Part shown: piece by piece, positions 29,303 through 38,442 of the stretch
Position numbering within the stretch: position 1 is the first letter of the stretch
Layout of the letters: each line of letters opens with the position of its first letter
DNA from: Gammaproteobacteria bacterium
Lineage (GTDB): Bacteria; Pseudomonadota; Gammaproteobacteria; Francisellales; CACEW01
Direction: 5' to 3'
DNA length: 45,321 nucleotides
Assembly (NCBI GenBank): GCA_028282045.1
Contig: JANQIS010000038.1
Span: forward strand, 1 to 45,321
Made by a program: the position numbers and the translations under genes
Notes under the pieces: model-generated
What the model saw: only the letters and a program-made list of their open reading frames with translations
Told to the model about the DNA's origin: nothing
Databases searched by the model: none

Positions 29303-30090
29303 CCACTTGCCTTCCTTCTGATGCGATCAGCATTATTTTTCACTTTTTGATCGTGACTCACCTCGTTAGACCCAGCAGAAGATGCAGCCGGATTAATCTC
29401 AGACAATGGCTTTCTCGGTGCTAATTTAGGTTGTGATTGCTCAGCGTCTTGCATGCCAATTTTAATCATCTTTTTAGCCAGCGCTTCTGGTCGGCACTCC
29501 ATTAATTCTTGGCGCATTTTGTTATCTTTAGCAAGCTTATGTAAGATGTCATGCCCATTATCCAAATTAGCCGCAACAGCCAGAACATCCATCAGCATAG
29601 GATTAATTTGCAGTTCTCTATTTAAAGCATTCATAGACTCCTGCCAGTCGTTGTATTTGGAAGATCCATAAGCATTAATTTTTTGAATACGCATTAAATC
29701 CTCTTTTGAGGGTTGTTGCTGTGGCAAATTATGGTTAGTGTCTGGTTGTTGGCCATTAATGTTTTGCTGATAATTGGTATCTGCCTGATAACCATTAGCC
29801 TGCTGCTGCTGTTGCATTTGAAGTTGAAATTGCTCTTCTATTTCCCTCAGAGCCTCTTGGCGACCACGCTCTAGTGCTTTTTCCTCAGCTTTTTTACGAA
29901 CAGCAGCTATTTGAGCATTTCTATATTCAGGATTGGTCCAATCACCGTTATCATCATGAGATTGCGTATCATGCTCATTTTCTTGATTATCTTGGTTAAC
30001 AGCAGAATGATCAGTATCAGTATGTTGTGATTGATCTTGCTCGCTCAACACTTCCTCATTGGTTTGCTCTTGATTATCTACGCTCATCAT
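29299..30090 (-). CDS. Scaffolding protein
   Basis: It lies between portal and capsid, is acidic and Gln-rich (QQQQQANGYQ...) and looks helical or coiled. Its start overlaps the upstream stop (TGATG), with AAGGAG upstream. Confidence 0.6.
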   Translation of the reverse strand: MMSVDNQEQTNEEVLSEQDQSQHTDTDHSAVNQDNQENEHDTQSHDDNGDWTNPEYRNAQIAAVRKKAEEKALERGRQEALREIEEQFQLQMQQQQQANGYQADTNYQQNINGQQPDTNHNLPQQQPSKEDLMRIQKINAYGSSKYNDWQESMNALNRELQINPMLMDVLAVAANLDNGHDILHKLAKDNKMRQELMECRPEALAKKMIKIGMQDAEQSQPKLAPRKPLSEINPAASSAGSNEVSHDQKVKNNADRIRRKASG

Positions 30091-30392
30091 CACTCCTTAA
30101 TAGTTTCAGCTTCAGCAATTGAAGAATCTTCTTCGTTGGCTACAACCGGAATTTCTTTAACAGGTTGCTTTTTTACAGGCTGTTTTTTAGTTTTAAGTGA
30201 TTTCACAGGTGTATTGAGCTTTTTAGATTCATCAATCAAAACCATGTTCTGATCGACCTTAAAACAATTGCCTCGTCCATCTTGGCAGTGATATTCAATT
30301 CCTGCTATGACCTGTTTAATATGGTAAATTTTAACTCGAAGGTTGTGACCGAAATCGTCAGTAAAAATAATTTCTTCGCCGATTGTAAACAT
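30090..30392 (-). CDS. Phage hypothetical protein
   Basis: 100 aa, with a KKQPVKKQPV repeat, located between the portal and scaffold genes. Confidence 0.5.
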   Translation of the reverse strand: MFTIGEEIIFTDDFGHNLRVKIYHIKQVIAGIEYHCQDGRGNCFKVDQNMVLIDESKKLNTPVKSLKTKKQPVKKQPVKEIPVVANEEDSSIAEAETIKE

Positions 30393-30401
30393 AAAACTTC
30401 C

Positions 30402-32423
30402 TTATGCTATTTGTTGATTGAATAATTTATCAAGTACAGCGCGTTGGTTCTCAGAGTTAATACGGTGCATCTCAACACCGGCATTAACCTGATTGTCTTC
30501 ACGCTGCACATTTAAATGCTGCAAATCTTTCATTAATTGTGATTTGCTCTCATGGTTCTTTATGGCTAGCTCTGCCATCTTAATTTGATTTTCTTGACTC
30601 ACACCTTGAGCTTTTTCCATATTAGCCTGTGCATTAACCATGGACGCCTGTGCTTTTATGGCATCAGGATTTGGCTGTTGATTTTGCTGTTGGCTCTCTT
30701 GTTGCTGCATCATCCATTGATTGAAGCTATCCACAATTTCAGATTTCCCGGTAAGTTCAATGTTATTAAACAAATACTCTAACCCTTGGGTTGCTAGCCA
30801 TTGTCCAAATGCAGGGGAGAGTTGCGCGACTTTTACCATGAATTCAACGGATTGTTGTTTCATTAATCTTGTGCTTGGCGCTCTATCAACATGGACATCA
30901 AAAAAGTTATGGTCAAAATCATGTGGCAGTGTGAGATTCTGCGCCTTAACACCTGAGCCCACCGTTACATATTCACTTTTAAGCATGATCTCTGGAAGAG
31001 TGGATATTACAATCTTGGCAATTTGTTCAACAGATTGATACAAAGACTGCATGAATGGTTCATTAGCAGTACTAACAAAGTCTGACAAGTTAGTAAGCGC
31101 CTTGCCAGACATGTTACTGTCATCAATGCTTTGATACTCAGCACCAACAATGCGTTCAATCTCAGTATTGAGAACAGACATCATCTCAAGCATTTGAGGA
31201 TTGACTTGTTCTGGTGCTTCGTATCTTGGCGGAACACCTTGAGCCGGTTGATCAGCTCCATCAATTAGGTAGCTTTCCTCATACTCAATGACTTTTCGTT
31301 TGGTTGTGGCAACTTTGAGCTCATCAATAACGCTCTCAGGTGTTGATTGGCGACCAACAACCCAGGTTCCATCATTTCTGTTGACCAAATCAAATAAAAA
31401 GAAGTTGGCAATAAAGTTTTTAAGCCTCTGAGCATCCAATGCCTGCTTGATATAAGGCATTGTGCATTGCTTGCCTTCCGCATCAACATAAGAATTACCG
31501 CCAACATACACAAACGGAAGCATTCTAAAATTACTCTCCTCTGGCCCAACGAGTTTTTTATCCCCACATACAGCAACCTTACAGACTATTTTGTCTTTAA
31601 CAGTGCGTTCATCAACCACCTGAGCGCCATTGATAAAATCCGGTAATTCTTGGCCATCGAAAACGGGAAAGGTTGTACCATCAGAGAGCTGATACAGTGT
31701 TACATCTTCGCTTTTGTAGTAATAATACTCAGCAATATAGATTTTTCGCTTACCTTCTTCAGTACCACTGATCCAGGTAATGTCAGTTTCATCTTCATCG
31801 AAATTTTTAAAGTTCTCTTGCAGCTTCGTGACATTAATCTTCGGAAAGAGTCTTTTAAATTCAGCCTCTGTTAACTGCTGAAGCTTAATAACATATTGAG
31901 CATCAGACTTGTCAGGTTTCTTAGCAGAGGGGTCGAAAAGGTAAATAGTGGGATTTTCTGCTGCACTAATAATAATTTTCTGCTCAAACGTTCTGTTATT
32001 TTTATAATCAGTTTTTAGCTCAAATACGCCAAATCCCCCAGGAATAGCGGTTTTACCCACTTCATAGAATTTAACGCCCATGTTATTAGCATCAAATATA
32101 TCCCGTACCTTTTGTGATAAAGCGCTAGCTACCTCAATAGCTTTACTGTCTTCACTGTCATTAGGGTTAATCTCGACACTAGGCACACTATCAGATACTT
32201 CCTTTAGCTGCTTTTTAATCAATGGATTAAGCACACTAAACTCAAATGTCGGCTTATCCTCAGCTTCCATCTGCGCCAAGTCGTCTTCTGTCAGTGAGCA
32301 GTTATAAGCATAATTCATATACTTGAAAAATTGGTCAACATCATCCTGTGACGCTGATCTAGCACGCTTGATATTATCGAAAATCTCTTTTTTAAGCGCC
32401 TTTGAAAGCTGTGAACTTGCCAT
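30402..32423 (-). CDS. Portal protein
   Basis: 673 aa, overlapping the terL 3' end by 32 nt. The long Gln/Asn-rich helical C-terminal tail is reminiscent of P22-type portals. Confidence 0.75.
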   Translation of the reverse strand: MASSQLSKALKKEIFDNIKRARSASQDDVDQFFKYMNYAYNCSLTEDDLAQMEAEDKPTFEFSVLNPLIKKQLKEVSDSVPSVEINPNDSEDSKAIEVASALSQKVRDIFDANNMGVKFYEVGKTAIPGGFGVFELKTDYKNNRTFEQKIIISAAENPTIYLFDPSAKKPDKSDAQYVIKLQQLTEAEFKRLFPKINVTKLQENFKNFDEDETDITWISGTEEGKRKIYIAEYYYYKSEDVTLYQLSDGTTFPVFDGQELPDFINGAQVVDERTVKDKIVCKVAVCGDKKLVGPEESNFRMLPFVYVGGNSYVDAEGKQCTMPYIKQALDAQRLKNFIANFFLFDLVNRNDGTWVVGRQSTPESVIDELKVATTKRKVIEYEESYLIDGADQPAQGVPPRYEAPEQVNPQMLEMMSVLNTEIERIVGAEYQSIDDSNMSGKALTNLSDFVSTANEPFMQSLYQSVEQIAKIVISTLPEIMLKSEYVTVGSGVKAQNLTLPHDFDHNFFDVHVDRAPSTRLMKQQSVEFMVKVAQLSPAFGQWLATQGLEYLFNNIELTGKSEIVDSFNQWMMQQQESQQQNQQPNPDAIKAQASMVNAQANMEKAQGVSQENQIKMAELAIKNHESKSQLMKDLQHLNVQREDNQVNAGVEMHRINSENQRAVLDKLFNQQIA

Positions 32424-33828
32424 TGGCTACTCCTTTTAAGATTCCGTTATTGGTCGACTGTTTTGCTTTTGGCGGCACTACGTAATGGATCAGTAAGTTG
32501 TCAATAGCATCCATCATGCAATCGATCTGATCATCATGCATTGAGCTTTTGTCTTTGTTCTCTGGTGCAAATCCTGTTGCCTCGGCAATGAAATCAGCAT
32601 AGTAATCTGATGCTGGATTGATATAAACGTATCCACCTTTGACCCATTCTTGGCATTCAAAACCTCTGGTGTATTTATCTTTCTTACGATCAATCTGCCT
32701 AATCGGTACGCTGATTGACTCATGGCGTCTCATGCTTTGAATTAATGCACTGCCATTAGCTTGACGCTCAATGGTGACAAAGTTTGGTTTGTAATTAAGA
32801 CACAGATTAACCAGCATCAATACTTGCTGTGGAAACTCCCAACGCCCTCGAGCTTGAGCCATAAGATAAATGCGCCCATGTGCTCTGCACCACACTTGCA
32901 TCACGGTATAATCATTAGCCGTTTTAGTCTCTTGGGCTGTATCAACCGTTATGACTACACGTTCGGTATCAGCAGGCTTTAATCCACTGAAGTTTTTAAA
33001 ATCCTCTGCTCTAAATAGCTTACCGGTTGCCTTAATCTTCCAGTTGCCATACAGCAGTCGCTGCTTATCAATCTCTGGTAATGCGTGCAGCTTTTTAATG
33101 TATGATGGATCACGCTGCATAAGAATTTGATTGTCTTCAAGGCGAGATCTTATGAAGGTAAATGATGTGAGCTCAACGGTTCCGTCAAGTTCATTGTCCC
33201 TAATGTATTGTACGCCTTCGTTTTTACTTGAAAACCATACAAGATGATTTCCTTGCCTAATGAAGTAGCGCACCACCCCTGAACGATCATCAATTGCAAA
33301 GCCTTCATCATCAATCCACCAATCGATTAAGTCTGCCACCCATCCAGGTTCAGGGTTACAAGTAGCACGAATGTAAGGGATTACTTCTCCACCTTTAGAC
33401 CTGGCACGAGAATACAAATACCAAAACTGTGATTCGGTAAAGTGTGTTAACTCATCAAATCCAATGTAATCAACCTCAGCACCTTGATACTTAAGCTTAT
33501 CACGCTCGTATTGCATACCTTGAAACGTGATGTCAACATGTTGTTTAAATTTCCATCTGTAAGGCTTCTGTGTAAGCTTTGCGTGTTGGCCATAAAAAAT
33601 CTCAGAAGTATCTAAAAGACCGCCGGCAGCATCAATTTGAGAGTGTTCACGCCTAAAGATGATTCCGTGATACTGAGAGCATTGCATAGCACCTCTAGCG
33701 CCTTCCATAAGCAATGCAGCAGTTTTACCACCACCTGCTGAGCCGCCATAAATAACAATGTCAGCATTAGAAGCCATAAACTGCTCTTGTGGCCCTGGTT
33801 GAGGTCTGAATCTCATACTACTTGTCAT
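32392..33828 (-). CDS. terL: Terminase large subunit
   Basis: Walker A is VIYGGSAGGGKTAALL and Walker B is YIGFDELTHF. C-terminal nuclease-type acidic motifs are VVITVDTAQ and HDDQIDCMMDAI. Confidence 0.9.
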   Translation of the reverse strand: MTSSMRFRPQPGPQEQFMASNADIVIYGGSAGGGKTAALLMEGARGAMQCSQYHGIIFRREHSQIDAAGGLLDTSEIFYGQHAKLTQKPYRWKFKQHVDITFQGMQYERDKLKYQGAEVDYIGFDELTHFTESQFWYLYSRARSKGGEVIPYIRATCNPEPGWVADLIDWWIDDEGFAIDDRSGVVRYFIRQGNHLVWFSSKNEGVQYIRDNELDGTVELTSFTFIRSRLEDNQILMQRDPSYIKKLHALPEIDKQRLLYGNWKIKATGKLFRAEDFKNFSGLKPADTERVVITVDTAQETKTANDYTVMQVWCRAHGRIYLMAQARGRWEFPQQVLMLVNLCLNYKPNFVTIERQANGSALIQSMRRHESISVPIRQIDRKKDKYTRGFECQEWVKGGYVYINPASDYYADFIAEATGFAPENKDKSSMHDDQIDCMMDAIDNLLIHYVVPPKAKQSTNNGILKGVANGKFTAFKGA

Positions 33829-34183
33829 TCTTCACCTTAACACGTCCATTGTCGGGCATTTCGTAGGTTGACAGGTTGATGTTGATATCTTTTTTATCTT
33901 CCTCTTTTGGTTCTTTCCAACCGCATTGCGTCTTAAGATAGAATATTGCTGCTGTCATATCTCCCTTGATAGCTTTTTTAAACAGAGATGAGCCAACCAT
34001 CTTGGCTCCTTTAGCCTTTCCCTTTTTATAGTGTCTAAGTGCTTTCGTATCTGAATCAAACAAATTATTTAGTGTCGATCGGCTAATATTCAGTTGATCA
34101 GATATTTGTTGTTGCGTGCAATAAGCCGCCCAATCTTCAATATTGGCATAATCCTCATCTGTCAAAACTATCTTAGCCGACAT
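33818..34183 (-). CDS. terS: Terminase small subunit
   Basis: 121 aa, with an HTH (QQISDQLNISRSTLNNL) and a terS-typical AAIFYLKTQCGWKE motif. It overlaps the terL start. Confidence 0.75.
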   Translation of the reverse strand: MSAKIVLTDEDYANIEDWAAYCTQQQISDQLNISRSTLNNLFDSDTKALRHYKKGKAKGAKMVGSSLFKKAIKGDMTAAIFYLKTQCGWKEPKEEDKKDININLSTYEMPDNGRVKVKNDK

Positions 34184-34193
34184 ACGTCATTCC

Positions 34194-34475
34194 TTACCGT
34201 CGTTTGCTTGGCCGTAACTGTGGCCATTTGTTATAAACCGCAGCTCTAATAGCTGCTGGATTCTCAGCAAAATGGGCTCTTGCTAAGGCGTTACGAGCTC
34301 GTGCTATTGTGTCGATAGGAAAAGTGCTGTTAGGACCAGCAAAAGCTTTTACATTCTTATACTTCCCAGCATTAGACATACCAGGTTTTTTACGAATTTT
34401 GGCAGCAGTTTTAGGTGTAACCTTTTTGCTACCCATTTTAACGGTAGCTTTTGATTTTGTAGGCATACGTGGCAT
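34194..34475 (-). CDS. Small basic phage protein (FPIDT..ARNALARAH motif)
   Basis: 93 aa, with a Lys-rich N-terminus. The FPI....ARNALAR motif recurs in small phage proteins (recollection). Confidence 0.55.
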   Translation of the reverse strand: MPRMPTKSKATVKMGSKKVTPKTAAKIRKKPGMSNAGKYKNVKAFAGPNSTFPIDTIARARNALARAHFAENPAAIRAAVYNKWPQLRPSKRR

Positions 34476-34531
34476 AAAAATATTAGTGTTGATGCCGTTG
34501 TAACATTAAAAGCGTTTCTTAGGGGAAACAC

Positions 34532-34714
34532 TTAACGAATTAATTTCAATAATTTAGCCATTGTCGAATAACTAGGATATCTACATTGGCCGGTAGCTAT
34601 TTTGAATATCTGGCTTACCGACAACCCACTAGCAGTAGCCAGCTTACGGTAACTGCCGTATTGGCTGTAAAGTTTTGTGACGACTGAGGATGGTTGATCG
34701 TTTGCTTTTCTCAT
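34532..34714 (-). CDS. Small HTH DNA-binding protein
   Basis: 60 aa from ATG 34714 (ATGA overlap with the upstream stop). The HTH is SYRKLATASGLSVSQIFKIATGQ. Confidence 0.55.
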   Translation of the reverse strand: MRKANDQPSSVVTKLYSQYGSYRKLATASGLSVSQIFKIATGQCRYPSYSTMAKLLKLIR

Positions 34715-35061
34715 TTCAACCACCCACTGACTTTTTTGTGCACCTTTTCAGTTAAGAATCCCTGAATGTATGCGATTGTCTCCTCAAGAAAGTGGTCCTC
34801 AACTGTTATCAATTTTGAACCTTTCTTACGCATAAGCCAAAAAACATAATGCAACACCTCATGTGCTATCGTGTTTATGTCCGCACTTTCTAAAAAAATA
34901 TTGCCCTCATAATGCATACCATACGAATTTTCTAGCCCTGGACATAAAAACACCTTTAGCTCTGCTTCGAAGAAGTCTAATTTAAACTTACAGGTTTTTT
35001 TAAACTCGATCCTTTCACCGTCCACCTTTACATATTTTGGCTTCCCAACTTGCTTGTCCAT
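34711..35061 (-). CDS. Small HExxH zinc-metallopeptidase-like phage protein
   Basis: 116 aa from ATG 35061, with AGGAGC 7 nt upstream. The motif is TIAHEVLHYVFWL. Confidence 0.55.
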   Translation of the reverse strand: MDKQVGKPKYVKVDGERIEFKKTCKFKLDFFEAELKVFLCPGLENSYGMHYEGNIFLESADINTIAHEVLHYVFWLMRKKGSKLITVEDHFLEETIAYIQGFLTEKVHKKVSGWLK

Positions 35062-35081
35062 AACCAATGCTCCTAAAATTA

Positions 35082-35285
35082 TTAGTGCTGATGTTTTCTG
35101 ATCCACTGCCGCCAAGTGGTAGCAGCAGCGGTCAATGCAAATATAAAAGCGGGCCTTTCTTTCTCGCCCATGCTTTCAAGCAAATCGAGTACCTCATACG
35201 GCGTTTTATTCCCGCATCGATCAATCAACATCTCAATCTCTTTAACGTTATGTAGTAGGTTTTCAAATTTTTCTTCTCTGTCCAT
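35082..35285 (-). CDS. Phage hypothetical protein
   Basis: 67 aa, ATG preceded by AAGGAG. It is the first ORF downstream of the repeat-rich promoter region. Confidence 0.55.
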   Translation of the reverse strand: MDREEKFENLLHNVKEIEMLIDRCGNKTPYEVLDLLESMGEKERPAFIFALTAAATTWRQWIRKHQH

Positions 35286-35315
35286 TACTGCTCCTTTTCA
35301 ATTTCCAATCTTTTA

Positions 35316-35632
35316 CTGTCCCGCCGACTGCATCAACTGTCCCGCCAAAGCTTATTCTGCTCAAACCCTTATGTGGTAAAGGATACAAGGCTATTGTCCC
35401 GCGGTGGCCGCCAATTTTCCTATATGCACTGTTTTTAAAGAAAAAATGCGCATATTCCAAACAAACTCCTATCTGTTGTAAATATAATCAAAATGATTAT
35501 ACATTTTAATTGTTACTCTAAAAATAGCCGGGACAGACGGGACAAAACTCCTATATCCCTTATAAACACTTGGCTATAGCTGTCCCGCCAACTGTCCCGC
35601 CAAATCAAAATTGTCCCGGCGTTGGCGGGACA
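35316..35632. repeat. Array of at least 9 copies of (C/T)TGTCCCG(C/G)(C/G) flanking an AT-rich promoter-like core
   Basis: Plus-orientation copies start at 35316, 35337, 35394, 35580, 35592 (a perfect 12-bp tandem, ctgtcccgccaa x2) and 35611. Minus-orientation copies lie at 35528-35536, 35537-35545 and 35623-35632. Confidence 0.85.
35496..35524 (-). promoter_or_regulatory. Candidate activator-dependent promoter (TGTATAAT with -10 at 35501-35496; weak -35 TTTTTA)
   Basis: The -10 is perfect, with an adjacent TG. Two TGTCCCG repeats lie immediately upstream of the -35 on the transcribed strand (35545-35528). Confidence 0.35.
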
Positions 35633-37980
35633 CCACTATTGTCACGTAAATTTATATAATAATTGTTTATGTCGTCGCTATTTCTAAATTCATTTGGCTT
35701 CAACACCCAAAGCCTTTTGGTTAGTCGTTTTCTTTTTTCATAAACTTTAACTTCGTGAAGCTTGATGCGTTTGTTCCTTAACATGCGCTCAGCATAGACT
35801 TTACTGAGTTTATGCAGGTCATAATCCTCACCCTGATAGGTGCTATGCAAATAATCCACCACCTCTTGGCCGGTCATTAAAGCCTTTGGTGGGGAGGCCA
35901 CCAGATCATCGATAGCACGCTGTGCATCGTTCTTGTTATCGGCTAACACTTTGCGCAACCCTTCTGTTTTCATAGGGCGTACATAATCAAATCCAGACAC
36001 GTCACGCGATAACAGCTCATGAAATAAAGCTGCTGCAAACTCATCACTTGAGGCCATTGCCTCAACTTGCTTCCCATATTCCTCACTTTTAACTTCAGCA
36101 TCACTGTAGAAAACAAGTAAGCGCCTATCATTCTCAGATAAAGGCAATGCATCAATTTCATTACTTAAAAATATGAAATGTGGGTACACCTGGCGAAACA
36201 CATTGGCTTTGTGCTTGATTTTAGTTTCCATCGCTTCTGCGTTGATGAGCTCTTTTAAACTCTCACTCAGCCCATAGTAATCCTTGCGAGGCAGCTTGAT
36301 CTCTTCGACATAACAGAGCAGGTTATCAAACATAAAATCGTTATATGAATTGCTCTCACCCAATAGATTTCTCGGGTTCACAGAAGAAGTATTGTGGAAT
36401 CCAAATACTCGTCGCAATAACTTGATTAACGAGCTTCTGCCAGTCCCTTGAGTTGGGCTGATGTGCAATACAGCATACTCAGATCGTTTAGCTGGGTTTT
36501 GAAGCTTCCAAGCCACCCAGTCAATAAAACATTTGGCTTCAGCTTCAATAGGGATGAGATTGCTCACATGCTCATAGAAAAATGAGGTGTCAACACCTGT
36601 ATTGGTTGGATGTTCAGGAAAACTAAACTGATTCATCATCAACATACCATCAACATCATTGTAAAGCCTTTCTTCACCTGGCAGATAACCATAATCCACC
36701 GCTGTAATGCGCTTAGGGTGCTCCATCCAAACATCAGCGGGATTGAGCCGGACAACTTTTTCTTTCACTGTGCCTTTGTTATCAACTCTCAAAATAGGAC
36801 TGTTACGCTGCTCACTTTTAAAGGCTTTCAAACTCTTGATGTTCTTGTATCCCACGCATTCAAGGTCAACCACCTCTTCCTTGTTGGCCACATACACATA
36901 GCGCTGTAACATCTTCTCAATCTTACCCTTGGCAGCTTGCTCCTGGCTTAATGAATTCAAAGTGATAACAGTTCTCATCGTCACAGGTTTGCCGTTTACC
37001 GGCACTTCACTGAAACCTTTCCACTTGTAATCAAGCTCCTCATCTTTGTATTTAATACTCCCCGATGCCCACTCATGCCAGATAGCTAAACCTTCATCGG
37101 AACCTTCAAATTGATGGTGCAAAGCTTGGCCCACCTTCAAATACACATCGTAATCATCGGCATTGATGGGCTCTAACAGCACTTTGATCTTATCAACGCT
37201 CATATCAACGGTGCTTGATACGTTCTCAAGTCCACCACGTTTAGCTTTTGATGAGGCACTAATACCAAGCTTAGCGCCTTCTGGCAGTATGGTTTTAACG
37301 TACTCAAACAACTCATCGATGAAATCTTTAGTCAAAACCGGCAGATCATCATGGGGCACGTTCAGTATTGAGTTGCCATCATCTAACCATTGATAAGGTA
37401 AGCCGGTATCCGGGTGCACACCACAAGCCGCCCATTGCTGACCATCGGCTAGAATCTCAACTTTATGCTCAGTGCCTTGTGCGTCGGTAAAGCCAATATA
37501 GCGCTTCTTTAACGGCTTATCTGTCTTAAATGGTATCAACACCTTAGGAACTTGACCGACACGCTTAAGACAGGTAGGATATCTATCAGTGATGAACTCC
37601 ACCAGTTTATTGCTAAGTTCAGTAGAGTGAACATCGATATCGACGGCAGGAGTACTTTTGCCTAAGACGCCAATGCCGTCGTATCCCTTATCTTTAACCC
37701 AAAAGCTGATAGAGCCAACAGACATCTTCATATTATTCCAATCAGGTACTCCAGCAGGGTATTTAGAAGCATGTGGTAACGGTACGATGTTATAGCCGTT
37801 GTTAATGACTGTTTCACCGAATAAGTGTAAGAAGTCTTTATCAATGATCTGTGTGAGTTGCTTAACTCGTTTGGTTGGGATGTTAGTGCCCCATTTTGAT
37901 ACGGCTTGCTTGATGACGCCGAATAAATCAGCTACAGCTAATTGACTTCCTATATTTTCGATTAATTTCTCTTTATTCAT
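35605..37980 (-). CDS. Replication protein: Cro/YdaS-like HTH, then prim-pol primase, PriCT-like domain and SF3 (D5-like) helicase
   Basis: 791 aa. The N-terminal HTH is AVADLFGVIKQAVSKWGTNIP. The prim-pol-type region includes GIGVLGKSTPAVDIDVH, and the primase C-terminal-like motif is DYDVYLKVGQALHH. The P-loop is ISPTQGTGRSSL. Confidence 0.75.
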   Translation of the reverse strand: MNKEKLIENIGSQLAVADLFGVIKQAVSKWGTNIPTKRVKQLTQIIDKDFLHLFGETVINNGYNIVPLPHASKYPAGVPDWNNMKMSVGSISFWVKDKGYDGIGVLGKSTPAVDIDVHSTELSNKLVEFITDRYPTCLKRVGQVPKVLIPFKTDKPLKKRYIGFTDAQGTEHKVEILADGQQWAACGVHPDTGLPYQWLDDGNSILNVPHDDLPVLTKDFIDELFEYVKTILPEGAKLGISASSKAKRGGLENVSSTVDMSVDKIKVLLEPINADDYDVYLKVGQALHHQFEGSDEGLAIWHEWASGSIKYKDEELDYKWKGFSEVPVNGKPVTMRTVITLNSLSQEQAAKGKIEKMLQRYVYVANKEEVVDLECVGYKNIKSLKAFKSEQRNSPILRVDNKGTVKEKVVRLNPADVWMEHPKRITAVDYGYLPGEERLYNDVDGMLMMNQFSFPEHPTNTGVDTSFFYEHVSNLIPIEAEAKCFIDWVAWKLQNPAKRSEYAVLHISPTQGTGRSSLIKLLRRVFGFHNTSSVNPRNLLGESNSYNDFMFDNLLCYVEEIKLPRKDYYGLSESLKELINAEAMETKIKHKANVFRQVYPHFIFLSNEIDALPLSENDRRLLVFYSDAEVKSEEYGKQVEAMASSDEFAAALFHELLSRDVSGFDYVRPMKTEGLRKVLADNKNDAQRAIDDLVASPPKALMTGQEVVDYLHSTYQGEDYDLHKLSKVYAERMLRNKRIKLHEVKVYEKRKRLTKRLWVLKPNEFRNSDDINNYYINLRDNSGVPPTPGQF

Positions 37981-38060
37981 AACAATCTCATAAAATCTAA
38001 CGTTAATTTATAAAAATATTTATAACCTACCAGACGAAACCTAAAAATTAAATTCTGTAA

Positions 38061-38179
38061 AAGTCTACTTTTTCCTGAAAAATTTAAGTTTCAGGTAGAC
38101 TTTCTAGGTAGACCGGTCTACCTATATTTAGCTATTTTTAGATAGACCATCAGGTAGTCTGTCTACCTTTTCAGGTTGA
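38061..38179. repeat. Cluster of 8 AGGTAGAC-type 8-mers, mostly as palindromes, next to a very AT-rich tract
   Basis: A perfect 20-bp palindrome TAGGTAGACCGGTCTACCTA lies at 38105-38124, and a 17-bp near-palindrome AGGTAGTCTGTCTACCT at 38152-38168. AAGTCTAC (38061) pairs with GTAGACTT (38093), flanking a CCTGAAA/TTTCAGG hairpin. Single copies are at 38140 and 38172. Confidence 0.8.
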
Positions 38180-38403
38180 CTTTTGTTGTTAATTTGTCCA
38201 ATATTGCTTTTACGACCTGGTATTGCATCCAGTATTTCACCTGGTGTTGTTTCGTAAATTTCCGCTATCTTCTTTAGCGTGTCACAACTGGGGTTTTGTA
38301 TACCCCTTTCTATTCTCCCTAATGACGTGTGATCGATTCCTATCTTTAAAGAAGCTGCAACTAGTGTCATGTTTTTACTTTTACGCATTGATCTCAGATT
38401 CAT
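38128..38403 (-). CDS. Cro-like XRE-family HTH regulator
   Basis: 91 aa. The HTH is MTLVAASLKIGIDHTSLGRIERG. It is divergent from the CI-like gene and is the first gene of the minus-strand lytic operon. Confidence 0.75.
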   Translation of the reverse strand: MNLRSMRKSKNMTLVAASLKIGIDHTSLGRIERGIQNPSCDTLKKIAEIYETTPGEILDAIPGRKSNIGQINNKSQPEKVDRLPDGLSKNS

Positions 38404-38442
38404 AATTTCTGTCTTCTCCTTCGCTAAAGGTGTAAATTCTTA

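Noticed and set aside
35263-35460. 65-aa minus-strand ORF listed in the track.
   Set aside because: Its sequence is generated by the TGTCCCGCC repeat array (GGTV…GGTV, GGHRGT). It has no RBS and overlaps the better-supported 35082-35285 ORF, so it is treated as non-coding regulatory DNA.
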